Shown: one piece after another, positions 48,210-60,920 of the stretch
Numbering within the stretch: position 1 is the first letter of the stretch
Layout of the letters: each line of letters begins with the position of its first letter
Assembly: GCF_004010195.1 (NCBI RefSeq)
Contig: NC_057719.1
Location: 54,213,926-54,277,925 of the forward strand
Direction of reading: 5' to 3'
Source: Chiloscyllium plagiosum
Lineage: Eukaryota
DNA length: 64,000 nt
The notes under the pieces: model-generated
Told to the model about the DNA's origin: nothing
What the model saw: only the letters and a program-made list of their open reading frames with translations
Databases searched by the model: none
Program-made: the position numbers and the translations under genes

Positions 48210-50832
48210 CACTTTGGTGGTGGATAGGTTGTTGGAAGTGATTCTGAAAGATATGATCTTTGTGCATTTGGAGAGGCAAGAAATGATTATGAATAGTCAG
48301 CATGGTTTTGTGCAAGTGAAATCATGTTTCACAAACTAAACTGAGTTTTTTGAGAAAGTAACCAAGAAGAATGATGAGGGCAGAGCGGTAGACATTGTTT
48401 GCTTGGACTTTAGTAAAACCCTTGACAAGGCTCCACATGGTAGACCAATTAGTAAAGTTAGATCACATGGCGAGCTTGCCAATTTGATACAAAATTGACT
48501 TAACAGCAGGAGACAGAGAGTAATGGTGGAGAGTTGTGTTTCAAACTGGATGCTTGTTGCCAGCCGTGTTCCACAGTTTGTCATTTATATAAATAATTTT
48601 GATGTGAATATGAAAGGCATGGTTAATAAGTTTGCAGATGACATCAGAATTGGTGGCATTGTGGCCAGTGAAGGTTATCTAAGATTACAAAGAGATCTTG
48701 ATCAATTGAGTCAATGGGCTGAAGATTGACAGATAGAGTTTAATTTGAATAAGTGCAAGTTATTGCATTTTAGTAAATAAACTTGGGCAGGACTTATACA
48801 ATTAAAAGTAGGCCTTGGATAGTATTGCAGAACAGAGAGATCTAGGGATTCAGGAAGATAATTCTTTGAAGTTTGTATCACATATAAGCAGGGGGTTAAG
48901 AAGTCGTTTAGCATACTTACCTTCATTGCTCAGACCTTTCAGTAAAAGTTGAAGTTTACAGGATGTTGGTGAGGTCTCTTCTGGAGCACTGTGTGTAGTC
49001 CTGGTCGCCTGTTATAGGAAGGATATTATTAAGCTGGCAGGGTTCAGAAGAGATTTACCAGAATGTTGCTGGAAATGGAGGGTTTGAGTTATAAGGAGAG
49101 GCTGGACAGGCTGGGACATTTATCACTGGAGGGTAGGAGGTTGAGGGGTGACTTTATAAAGGTTTATAAAATAATGAGAGGTACAGATGTAGTTAATGGC
49201 AGTTGTCTTTTCCCTCAGATGGGGGATTTCAAGATTAAGGGGCACATTTTTAAGATCAGAGGAGAGAAATTTTAAAAAGGCAGGAGAGGCAAATATTTTT
49301 ACACGGAGGGTGGTTCACATGTGAAATGAACATAGAATATAGAACATTACAGCGCAGTACAGGCCCTTCGGCCCTCGATGTTGCACCGACCTGTCATACC
49401 AATCTGAAGCTCAACTAACCTACACTATTCCATGTACATCCATATGCTTGTCCAATGACGACTTAAATGTACTTAAAGTTGGCGAATCTACTACTATTGC
49501 AGGCAAAGCATTCCATACCCTTACTACTCTCTGAGTAAAGAAACTATCTCTGACATCTGTCCTATATCTATCACCCCTCAATTTAAAGCTATGCCCCCTC
49601 GTGCTCACCATCACCATACTTGGAAAAAGGCTTTTCCTGTCCACCCTATCTAACCCTCTGATTATCTTGTGTGTCTCTATTAAGTCACCTCTCAAGCTTC
49701 TTCTCTCCAATGAAAACAGCCTCAAGTCCCTCAGTCTTCCCTCGTAAGGCCTTTCCTCCATATCAGGCAACATCCTAATAAATCTTCTTTGTACCCTTTC
49801 CAAAGTTTCCACATCCTTCTTGTAATGCAGTGACCAGAACTGTATACAATACTCCAAGTGCGGCCGCACCAGAGTTTTGTAAGCTGCAGCATAAACTCAT
49901 GGTTCCGGAACCCGATCCCTCTATTAATAAAAGCTAAAACACTGTATGCCTTCTTAACAACCCTGTCAACCTGGGTGGCAACTTTCAAGGATCTGTGTAC
50001 ATGGACACCAAGATCTCTCTGCTCAGCTACACTACCAAGAATCTTACCATTAGCCCAGTACTTTGCATTCCGGTTACTCCGACCAAAGTGAATCACCTCA
50101 CACTTGTCCAGATTAAACTCCATTTTCCACCTCTCAGCCCAGCTCTGCAGCTTATCTATGTCTCTCCGTAACCTACAACATCCTTCGTCACTATCCACAA
50201 CTCCACCGACCTTAGTGTCGTCTGCAAATTTACTAGCCCACCCTTCTACGCCCTCATCCAGGTCGTTTATAAAAATGACGAACAGCAGTGGACCCAACAC
50301 CGACCCTTGCGGTACACCACTAGTAACTGGACTCCAGGATGAACATTTCCCATCAACTACCACCCTCTGTCTTCTTTCCACAAGCCAATTACTGATCCAG
50401 ACTGGTACATCTCCCACAGTCCCATTCCTACGCATTTTGTACAAAAGCCTACTGTGGGGAACCTTATCGAACACCTTGCTGAAATCCATATACATCACAT
50501 CAACCAGTTTACTGTCATCTACCTGTTTGGTCACCTTCTCAAAGAACTCAGTAAGGTTTGTGAGGCACGACCTACCCTTCACAAAACCATGCTGACTATC
50601 CCTAATCAAATTATTCTTTTCTAGATGATTATAAATCCTTCCTCAGGAAGTGATGGGTGTGGGTACAGTTACAACATTTAAAAGACATTTGGATAGATAC
50701 ACGAATAGGAAGGTTTTGGAGGGACATGGACCAGGAGCAGGCAAGTGGGACTGGTTTAGTTTGGGATTATGTTTGGAATGGACTGGTTGGATCGAAGGGT
50801 CTGTTCCCTTGATGTATGAATCCAGGACTCTA
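48210..50832 (+). mobile_element. CR1 LINE (48210-49330 and 50637-50832) split by a younger antisense CR1
   Basis: QHGFV, LDFSK and FADD motifs; the WNE|LPQEV codons are separated by the insertion. Confidence 0.9.
49331..50636 (-). mobile_element. Younger CR1 LINE, 5'-truncated, well-preserved RT
   Basis: ORF 49731..50609 (292 aa) with QHGF, DFSKVFD, GVPQGSVLGPLLF and FADD; ORF 49420..49869 gives the C-terminus after one frameshift. Confidence 0.95.
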
Positions 50833-51289
50833 GGCAGTGGTGGATGCTGGCACAGTTACATTAAGAGAGCATTGGTTAAGTACATGAATAAGAAATATTT
50901 GGGTCTGCTTCAATGCTGTATAACTCTATAACTCCACCACAGATGGTACTTTTCCAATGCTTTGAGGCATTTGTTATCATTGTCCAAGTCTTCAAAACAT
51001 ATAGATGTGCGGGTCACTGCTGCCCAATAAATCATTACCATACTCCTGGTCCTCAAATACTCTTCTCTTCAGTTGAATTAAGGCTGAGTTGGCACATTGG
51101 AGGCAATGATGAATTCAATCATTAATGCTAGCCTTCATTGAGTGGAGGCTCCCAAGGTACAAAAATGGCTGGTTTCAATCTTAATTGGCAGGTTTTCTAT
51201 GTTGTAGTAGTGCTTGGAAAAGGACATTAGGTTTCTGGCTGTTTAATGAAAGGCCCATTTTCTCATATGCTTACACAGAATTGACAAGG

Positions 51290-52330
51290 ACCCCAGGAGC
51301 TCAGTTTCAGAGTAAATAGACTCACAAACATCATCTGCACACTAAAGCTCAATCAGTGATGATGGAATGATTTTGGCTTTGGATTGAAAATAGTGTCATT
51401 GAACAAATTTCCATCTGTTCTTTAGATCTCCACGTCTGTGAGTAAGTAGTATCAAAGTGAAGCATATGGAGAAAAAGTTTGGTGTAATAATGTGACTGGT
51501 GTCAATCCCAGTTTTCATTTGGGTAAGGTTTGTGGGGCTTGTGTTGGTGAGGATCATGGTTTACATGTCATCATGGAGTAGGTGGTGGATGGCATGAAAA
51601 GTTATTAGAGCAGCCAAATTTGAGGAGGACACTCCAGAAAGCGCATGTTTGACAGAATCAAAGCTTTTGTAAGGACAAAAATTCCATGTCTAGGGGTTGT
51701 TGTTTTTTACATTTTTCTAGAATTTGGTGCATAATAAAGTTCATGGCTGCAGCGCACACTGCAAATCTAGAAGGAGCTCTGCAGTGACTGGGAGGAGGCT
51801 ATTAAGGAAAGTACTTGCAGTGACCCTTCCCAGCAGACACCAGGGATACTCCTCAATCAAACTTGTCACTGTTCTTGAATACGATTATGATCACAATGTT
51901 GCTGAGGTCCTCCAGTTCCCAAATTCTTCCTGGATGAGTGTAACACAGTTTTGCCATGAGTGTATCTGCATGGCATTTCAGGATTTTAGCAGGGATTCCA
52001 TCAGCTCCAGAAGATTTGCTGCTTTTCTGTTGTCAAGGTTTCAGTTTTGGTCCAGGCTAGGGTAACACTGACACTCAGCCAGAAGAATTACTTAGTTGGC
52101 AGCATTCAGGTCAAAGACAGAGTCTCAGTTGAGGAGTTGTTCAAAATATACTCTTCAGTGAGCACTGATGCCTCTCTTTCCTTGATGAGCTCCTCTTCAT
52201 GCTTGGCTCTCTGTTGTCTGGCTTCTTGAGTGTTTGGGTCAACAATTGACTTGACAGTGCTGAAGAAAATCATTTTGAAATATGAGAATCCAATGTGAGA
52301 TTATCGTGGCTGGTAGTGTGTTCCAGCATC
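51290..52330 (-). mobile_element. RTE-clade LINE RT relic
   Basis: Minus-strand SGADGIPAKILK, QILEKC, TKAFDSV, LLKFGC and LLHDDM fragments. Confidence 0.7.
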
Positions 52331-53414
52331 ACTTTTTATCATATATTGTCCAAGTGAGAAGGCCATTATTGTTTTGAATGAACATCTTAAATTAATGCCA
52401 GTCATAAGTTAGGATGTCCAATAAAATATTAATTGATGATAGTAAAATCCACAATTTCAATAATGCACTTTACATTTTTAAGTGTCCCAATGAATACAAA
52501 CAAATGTAAGTTTCAAGTAGTAATGAGTCTGTATATAACAATGTTTTCTCTAATTTTTTTTTTCTTGGTGAAATAATACTCAACCACTATTTCCTTCTTT
52601 GAAACATTCATGACACTATGCTTAAGTGAGGGAAGCCACCCATCCCTCTGATCGTATATATGACATGCTATACTGTGAAATATTATGAAGTCCATGGGGA
52701 GAACTGCAACAATTGTTAATTTCTGGTAGAAAAAAAAATTAAAATTACCAAATTGAAAGTTGTAGTCAAAACATGAATTTCATTGGCTAAATATTGTCCA
52801 GAATGTTCTCCAAACTGAGGCACACAATATTAAATTTTCACTTGGACTCTTCATGGCTGTTATCTTCAGAAAAATACCTCACAAAAGTATCATGTTATAC
52901 TGTTGGATACCAGAATCAAAATCTTTCTTACTGCGATCACAATTTCCACTTTGGTGCAGTAATACAAATTTGGGATGATGCTTAATAACAACATGAATAA
53001 GGATTTCATAGCAAGAAGAACTTTCAAGGTTCCACTGTCAATCTAACTGCAGTGGCAAAAAGATAACCACTGAGCTAACAATAATCTTGTCTTTGCAAAT
53101 ATAGAGCAGATGATTAATGCATTTCCTTTCCTGAAGGTTCCATGGTCAATGCAGCCCTGCATAGAAGTAACACTGAGTGTTGAAAGCGTCAAAAATACCC
53201 TTACTTATTGGGCCATCATAGGCCTACTGCCCAAGATTATCCATCCCCTAAAAGTGAATTAACAATTGCAGGCAGTCTTCTCTGACTTCCCCACATCATT
53301 ATCTGGAAAGTAAACTTGTAAAATTCAGACTCCATATCCTCAAGATTAAAATAAATTATCCTCAGCTTACTACAATCCCTTTCCCAAATACTTTAAATCC
53401 ATGTTCTAAACATT

Positions 53415-53580
53415 GAACAAAGAACAAAGAGAATTACAGCACAGTAACAGGCCCTTCGGCCCTCCATGCCTGCACCAATCCAGATCCTCCACCAAAACCT
53501 GTCTATTTTCTAAGGATCTATATCCCTCTGCTCCCTGCCCATTCACGTATCTGTCTCGATACATCTTAAATGACATTATC
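53415..53580 (-). mobile_element. CR1-type 3' tail fragment
   Basis: (GAACAAA)n tail followed by ACAGGCCCTTCGGCCC as in other CR1 ends. Confidence 0.65.
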
Positions 53581-54570
53581 ATTTCTGTTCAGGGAACTAA
53601 GAGGCTCCTATGCATTCTATCCAGTCATTTCATTACATAATTTTAGACACTTCAATTAAATCTCTCCTCAAACTTCACTGTTCCAAATAAAGTGACTTGA
53701 GCCAGTCCAATCTTACCTCACAGCAAAATTCTCCACATCTTCTAAGTTCTCCTGATAAATCACAGCATTACAGCAGGATAACTGTGGAAATCTCAAACTT
53801 AATTTTTAGAGGGCCAAATAATGTTTTCATCATGTCACAGGATCAATAAAGATTTTTTAATAAAGTGGTTGATCCCCTGAGACATTGCACCCTGAGAGAA
53901 TGAAGTTCAACAGTAGCAGAGACATAAAATGCTCAGTCGTGGGTTGGTTGGCCATTTTGCACCAACTCTCTAATCCCACACAGATTATTAAATTTAGGCT
54001 CGAACCCTTTTCAGAAAGTCTTTCCAATTTTATTTAAATCAAGAGAACTGATCAGAAATATTTTCCGAAAAGCTTCAGCGAGTTTCATATGTTTAGAGAC
54101 ATTTTAATATCAGGCTTGAAACTTTTAATAAACCACAATCACTGTAAATTCTACACTTTTCAGTATCCATCTGTCAGTCATTCTCAGTATATAATTAGAA
54201 CTTAAAGATGAGCATGCTTAGTGATTTATTATATAGAGATTTTACTTAATAAAGAATATTTTAAATGATATAAGATGTGCAAATATCAAGGAAGACTGAA
54301 CTTTGATAAATTGGATTGGAAAGTGTTGACAATTAGTCTTCAATTTCAAGACTGACACCCACAGTAGGATGAACTGGAAATGAAAAGATTAACAGATCTG
54401 CCATTCATTAAAAGCAAAATATTATCTTTATAAGCTATTAAAATAGCACAAAAGTCAGAAGATTCCAGGCTCTCAATTGATGAGAGGGAGACAGAGGTGC
54501 TGGGTAAATCGTAGGAACTTGAGTTAGTACAGTCCAATGAATTGTCTTCATAAGGGAAGTTTCCTGGGTG

Positions 54571-54666
54571 AAAAACTGAAATTACTGGGAGAAAGCAAGT
54601 CTGGCAGCATCTGTGGGGGAGCTGCAGAGTTAATGTTGCGAGTTTGGTGTCTCTTCATGAGAACTG
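54571..54666 (-). mobile_element. Single arm of the older palindromic family
   Basis: Similar to the left arm at 35191-35286. Confidence 0.5.
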
Positions 54667-54926
54667 GGTTTCCTGGGTGATGGCCGGCATTCTGAATGGC
54701 AGCAAATGTCCCACCCACACCCCAAACATTGTTGCTAGAGGGATGTTGCACCCCATTTGAGGTATCTCATTGGTTTTGTTGAGATTGTGTCTTGAATTTA
54801 ACCATTCCACTTGTTAAGGAGATGTGATATTAACGTGTCCTCTCTTGCAAACCTGTTTCAGCAGCACCAAACTCTCTCAGTGGGTTTGAAGAGCATTCAG
54901 AGCTATTTGAACCAGCAGCACAAACA

Positions 54927-55135
54927 AGCAAAAGTGAGGACTGCTGATGCTGGAAACCAGAGTTTAGATTAGAGTGGTGCCGGAAAAGCACAACAGGTCA
55001 GGCAGCATCTGAGGAGCAGGAAAATCAACATTTCAGGCAAAAGGCCTTCATCAAGACTCCTGGTGAAGGGCTTTTGCCCAAAACATCGATTTTCCTGCTC
55101 CTCAGATGCTGCCTGACCTGCTGTGCTTTTCCAGC
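54927..55135 (-). mobile_element. Palindromic Penelope-derived element, both hammerhead cores decayed
   Basis: Inverted arms, tail on the left; 16-bp TSD ACCAGCAGCACAAACA (54911-54926 / 55136-55151). Confidence 0.85.
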
Positions 55136-56109
55136 ACCAGCAGCACAAACAGCCCACCTACCATTCCTCAGGACAGTGAGCTCTGAAGCTTTCCACAAGG
55201 AGGAATCAAATACCACACTCTGGGTGCCAACAAGTGTGGCTTCCGGATGACATTTCATTTTGATTTCAGGATTCCAACGCCTGCAGCAAAATCTTGCCCA
55301 AAGCAACAGATTAGAATGTAGCATTTTGATAGGGATAACAATGTGTCGAATTAATAACATACACTTTGATAAATCTATTACACGAGCTTACTTTTACTCA
55401 TCTGCCATCTTAAAGCCAAACAACATTGTTATTTAGGAAGGTGAATCAGATTGTTAGAAACCTCTGATTCTAATGTGAGCTTTGAGTAGAATTTATAGAT
55501 AGAAGCAATACTAACTTGTATTAACTTGGATTCTTCAATTTGTACATTTTGTAAAATACCTATTCTGAATGTTACAAATATCTGTTGTTGATATTTCCAT
55601 ATATGAGCTAGAACAGAAAAAAATATCTTTGGTGTAAAAATACTATTTCAAATTGGATTGCTACATGGCAATTGTCATCATGCTGCTGATTTTAATTGCT
55701 TTACTCTTGCAAAATGTATCACATTCTGAAGACAGTGAGCTCACTTGATGAATCTCTATCTCTCAAAACACAATTTTCAAATCCCATACCAAATCCCAGA
55801 GGCAACTGAAAATCCATCCAAGATATTTTCTCAAAACCAAATAAAAGTCTTTAGGAATATTTAAATGTGCATGTCCACTGGCCTAGCTTGCTTTCTTTGG
55901 ACTGTTTTAGCTCAAGCTGCTGATGAAGGTCGGAGAAGGGCAAGCGAGACATGATAGCAGAGAAGCATTTCTTCAGGGATCTCAAATTTCTTGATCAGAG
56001 AATGGAAGAACGGGTAGGCAGTGATATGTAGCTATTTACCATGGCTTTGAAATTACTAATAGGAATCACATGACCTACTGCTGGTCTTTTGATAAAGGTT
56101 AAATAATTC

Positions 56110-56556
56110 CAGTTGGACTCACTTGGTAGCACACTTACTTCTGAGTTAGAAGTGTGTGCCTTCAGATCCAATCTCGAGTTTAAGCATATAATTCAAAGTG
56201 TCATTCCAGTGCAATACTGGGATATCTTCTTTTGTTGCAAGTTCCAGTCTTTAAAATGTACATAAAACTGAGGTCCTGTTGCTTGTCCCTGACTTGTTAA
56301 GTGTAAAAGAATGCCACAACAATATTTGAAGAGGTGGGGTTTCCCAACATCAGCATTCACAACCAATATGTCTCCAAAAATTGATTAACTGGATGCACAT
56401 CTCCTCACAATTTGATGGATCTTCCTGTAAATAACAACAGCTGCTGTTTTTCACTTACAGAATATTAACTGAACTGAAAAATAATTAATTGTATCTGAGG
56501 TACTTTAAGATATTCCAGAGAAACATGACCAGATACTTGCAAAAAATATAGCTCTT
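56110..56556 (+). mobile_element. Ancient DeuSINE-like (SacSINE1/AmnSINE-type) relic
   Basis: tRNA-like head; degenerate TAAAACTGAGGTCCTG..GTAAAAGAATGCCAC..TTTGAAGAG central domain; recognised from memory of the consensus. Confidence 0.5.
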
Positions 56557-57064
56557 TAGTTATTATACATTTCTTTCAAGCATGTATTTTCTGATTTGCA
56601 ACCCTTAGTAACCAAATTGTTAACTATGATCTCCAGGATCAAAGAATCAATTTTGTTCATTAGTCTAGACATTTGAGACATAAACAGACTATTACTCAAC
56701 TTGTTCATCTGACTTTTTTTCTATTTTACTGATGGCGATCATTTGAAATGAACTAATAGATTATATCAGAGAATGCCTGCAGTGTGAAAACAGGCCCTTC
56801 GGCCGAACAAGTCCACCCCGACCTTCCAAAGAGTAACCCACTCAGACCCTTTCCCCTACTATTCTATATTTACCCCAGGGATCTACACATCCCTGAACAC
56901 TTTGGGCAATTTAGCATACACAATTCACCTAACCTGCACATCTTTAGGATTGTGAGAGGAAACTGGAGCACCTGGAGGAAACGCACGCAGACACGGGGAG
57001 AATGTGCAAACTCCACACAGACAGTTGCTTGAGGCGGGAGTTGAACCAGGGTCCAGTGCTAACC

Positions 57065-57273
57065 AGAGCTTAAAAATGTGTTGCTGGAAAAGCGCAGCAG
57101 GTCAGGCAGCATCAAAGGAGAAGGAGAATCGACGTTTCGGGCATAAGCCCTTCTTCAGGTTCCTGCCCGAAACGTCGATTCTCCTTCTCCTTTGATGCTG
57201 CTTGACCTGCTGTGCTTTTCCAGCAACACATTTTTAAGCTCTGATCCCCAGCATCTGCAGTCCTCACTTTCTC
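57065..57273 (+). mobile_element. Palindromic Penelope-derived element with hammerhead core
   Basis: ~78 bp near-perfect inverted arms plus tail; flanked by CCAGTGCTAACC repeats. Confidence 0.9.
57131..57158 (-). ncRNA. Minimal hammerhead ribozyme core
   Basis: CUGAAGA-A-GGGC-UUAU-GCCC-GAAAC-GUC with perfect stem II; stem I is weak at the inversion junction. Confidence 0.7.
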
Positions 57274-57589
57274 CCAGTGCTAACCAGTGCTAACCACTAA
57301 GCCACTGCGCCGCAATAGATGAAATCTATGAAATGAAATAGATTTTATTAAAATAGTAGAGGGAGGAATATCTGACGATATTCTCAATGATAATTTCTAG
57401 ACATAAAGTTTTTATCCTGTATTTACATGGATCATATTTTAACTTACAGACCAATCCAAAACACAGCAATTGACATACAATAGAATTCATGATTAATATC
57501 AATCAGCAATTAAAAGCAATTTAGATATGACAATTCACTGTTAATATCATTTTTTAATGGATTGGTTGAACATTTCAAATGTTAGCTAT

Positions 57590-58221
57590 TATTATGGACC
57601 AGACCCAACCCCTTACAACATTTTTAAGCAGGTAGCCCAGATTGTAACTTTGCTATTTGTTTTAGCTAAGTATAAAGTAGATATTCCCGGTGTGAATTAG
57701 CTGGGTCGACTTCCAAGTTTTAAACAAACAGAATTTATTGACAAAATTATGGAATGAAACACACTGGATAACTTATCATATCTAAAAATCCAACAGACTA
57801 TCCCAACTTAATGATGCTGTTCCGAAAATATTTGCAACAGTCCCAATAAACACATCCCTTGACACAAAGAGTAGCAATGAGACAAACCAGGGGTTACAGG
57901 CTTGAAATTAAAGAGAGAGAGTGTACCTGACTGGACTTGCCCCAGCAGCCTCTCTTCACACACACTGCTGCTGAACTGAATCAAAAACAAACTAATCCAA
58001 ACAAAGGCTAGCTACACAGCTAGCTGGCCATACCCCTTTGATTATGCCGGTTTTCTTTAAGACATGAAAGCCTTAGACCAAAGGCATTATCTGTTAGGGT
58101 TAAACAGAAAGGGCCCCAATAAACCACTGAAACTCAGCCAGTTGGAGCCGGCCAATTACCCCTCTCTGAGAAAAAATGTCAAGGGAACATTAACCTTCTA
58201 AAAAAGACCAACACTGTGACA
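57590..58221. mobile_element. Solo LTR-like element
   Basis: T(A)TTATGG...GTGACA termini, imperfect TSD GCTAT/GCTGT, related in inverted orientation to 24571-25698. Confidence 0.55.
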
Positions 58222-58361
58222 GCTGTGAACATACAATATGATATTCATGTATTAAATAACATTGACATTATGTATTGAGACAGAATTTGATGAGCCCCAT
58301 CAGTGGTTTGAGGGTAAGAAGGTTCATAAAGTTCTCTGAATAGCCTACCTGCCACCTAACA

Positions 58362-59030
58362 GGGAGGTGGTACTGTGGTGATAATGTCACTAGTCTAGTA
58401 ATCTAGAAATCCAGGCTAATGTTCTGAGGACATAGGTTTGCATTTCGCTATGCAATTGGCGAAAATGAATTCAATAAACATCTGGCATAAAAAACTTAGT
58501 CTAATGATGAGCATATAATCATTGACTTAAAAACAAATCTGGTTCATAAATGTCCGCGAGGGAAGGAAATCTGCCCTCTTTACCTGGTGTTGGCACAGTG
58601 GCTCAGTGGTTAGCACTGCTGCCTCACAGCGCCAAGGACCCGAGTTTGATTCCATCCTCGGGCAACTGTCTGTGTGGTGTTTACATTCTCTCCGTGTCTT
58701 GTGGGTTTCCTTCAGGTGCTTCAGTTCCCTCCCACAATCCAAAGATGTGCAGGTCAGTTGCATTGACCATGCTTAATTGCCCATAGTGTTCAGGGATGTG
58801 TGGTTTAGGTGCATTAGTCAGGGGTAAATGTAGGGTAGGGTCTTTGGAGGGTCAGTGTAGACTTGTTGGGTCGAACAGCCTGTTTCCACAATGTAGGGAT
58901 TCTATTCTATGGTCTGGTTTACATGTAACTCCAGTTCCACAGGAATGTGATTTACTATTAAGTGCCCTTTGGGCAAGTAGGGATGTGTGTAAATGCTGGA
59001 ATAGGCAGCAATGACCATATCCCATGAGGG
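58362..59030 (+). mobile_element. Old tRNA-derived SINE split by an HE1 insertion
   Basis: Homologous to 30860-31189; TTACCTGG|TCTGG motif interrupted at ~58590/58911. Confidence 0.7.
58591..58910 (+). mobile_element. HE1 (V-SINE) full-length copy
   Basis: TGGCTCAGTGGTTAGC A box, GTTTGATTCC B box, central domain, (TTCTA)n tail. Confidence 0.9.
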
Positions 59031-60699
59031 AACCAAAGAAAACTACCTGGCCTCAAACTAGCTGCAACTTTATGGAGGGTAGGCAATGCATAAAATGCAA
59101 TCATCCCTTTTGCTTACTAGCAGCTCTTGAAAAATATCCGATGCAAAGTCTAACAAACCTACAGGAATATTTTATTTTCAGTGTTACACCAGACAGTCTG
59201 TCAGCCAAGGATTTCAGCAGTGTGTTTTTTTAACTTTGAAAATCACAGTTTTTCTTTCATTTTCCAATGAATGGACATTCAAATTACTTTAAGCTGTGAT
59301 ATTAAACAAAATTTAGAGTTTCACAAACATTTTCACCTCCTGTCATAAATTCACGACTCTATTCCTATCCATTTCATACTCGTGAATAGGTAATCTAAAA
59401 TTAATCCAAAATGCAGAAGATTCTTCAATCCAGAATTGCTTAAATTCTAAGCATTATATGTTAAAAAGGTTGCTGAACAATTGATTTCAATATTTTCCCA
59501 TCAGCTCAGGTCAGGTTAATTTGCCTGTAATTTCCTGTATACCCTCCTCCTGCTTCCTTGAATTGAGGTGCTCTCTTTGCTAATTCACTATGTAATGGGT
59601 CCATTCGTGAATCTAGGAAACATTACCAAATAATGCCCAGTAAATCCGCCATCTCTGCAATTATCTCACTTATAACTAAAGATTACAGATTTTCAGGTCC
59701 TGGGAAGTAGTCCTTTCAGTTTATCAAATATTCTTTATCTTCTGAAATTAATTACTTTACGTTTATCACCTTCTTAGCTCCTAGCTATCGCTTATTTTAT
59801 TCCAGGAGGGCACATATTTTAATTTCATTTTCATCAAACTAGTCCTGGTGCAATGATGCTCAACCCAATGATTACAATACAGGAGTCTGGTATGGGAGGC
59901 TTCACTTGATTCCATTGGTCTGAAATTGAGTTAATGCTTGAAGATTTTCCAAATTGTTTATGTGTTCCTCTTGGAATTTCTCCCTTTGGTGAGATGCCTC
60001 AGGGCTGAGATATTGATAGTGTTCCTTTTGAACTTCTGTCATTTGTGATGCTCTGTGCTAGGTGACTGGTCATTACTGGTCAACTAAGTTGATGATCTGT
60101 TCAGCAGACTTCAGTCACCAACATGGATTGAGTTATCTAAGTTTGACTGAGCTCTCTCCCATAATAGAGGAGATGCCATTGCTTTGATGTAGGATGCTTC
60201 CATGTCGTTTTGTGAGTTGACCTTCCTCAGAAAAAAGGGTGCTTATTATGATGACTTTGTCAAAACATGCTCACCATTTCCACCTTCTATCCTTTTGGGA
60301 TGGCAATTAGGACATCATTAACTTCAGAATAGATGTTTTTCTTAATATCTTCATGAGAGCCCAGGTGATTTTAGTGATATATTGAATTTGACTGAGGTGT
60401 GGGCAAAGAGTTATGAGCTTTTCGTTTATTCAGCCAGGAGGTCTTGCAGTGTAACCAAGATCCTTCTCTGGATGAGAAAAATAATTCCATGGACTAAAGG
60501 GTCTTTGTGTTAGCAACATGCAACAGAGCTAGGAAAATTCCATCAGTAATTCTTTGACTGCATCCTCCTGATTCCAGTGGGAGATCATCAAATAAATGCT
60601 AGTGGCCTTCTTGAAACCACGTCCATTGCATTCAAGAAAAAAAGTCATGCTAGATCATTTACAATGAACTCAGCACTTTGCCTGGATAGTTAAAAACCA

Positions 60700-60920
60700 T
60701 CTCCCCATCCAGTTCCTGTGTTTCAATTCTCAGATAGTCAGTATCCCGGGGAAGGACAAAGAGAACACTTCAAAGACACACCGAAGTTTCCCTTGAAATA
60801 CAGCAGGATTTGCAATAATGACTGGAAGGATGTAGCTAGCAATCTTTCAATACAACACTTGTCCAACAAGCTCTATCATGCTTTAAAGATGAAGCAGATG
60901 TCTGCAGAAAAGGAAAGAGA
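60700..60920 (+). mobile_element. RTE LINE C-terminal relic
   Basis: ORF 60718..61050 GEGQREHFKDTPKFPLK resembles the RTE motif GGQ.KR.KD.LK..LK. Confidence 0.5.

Larger units (their letters stand above)
56768..57313 (-). mobile_element. HE1-like SINE interrupted in its tRNA head
   Basis: Homologous to 18631-18940; insertion lies between the A and B boxes. Confidence 0.85.

Noticed and set aside
49731..50609. Functional reverse transcriptase gene
   Set aside because: 5'-truncated, frameshifted CR1 copy lacking the endonuclease and promoter.
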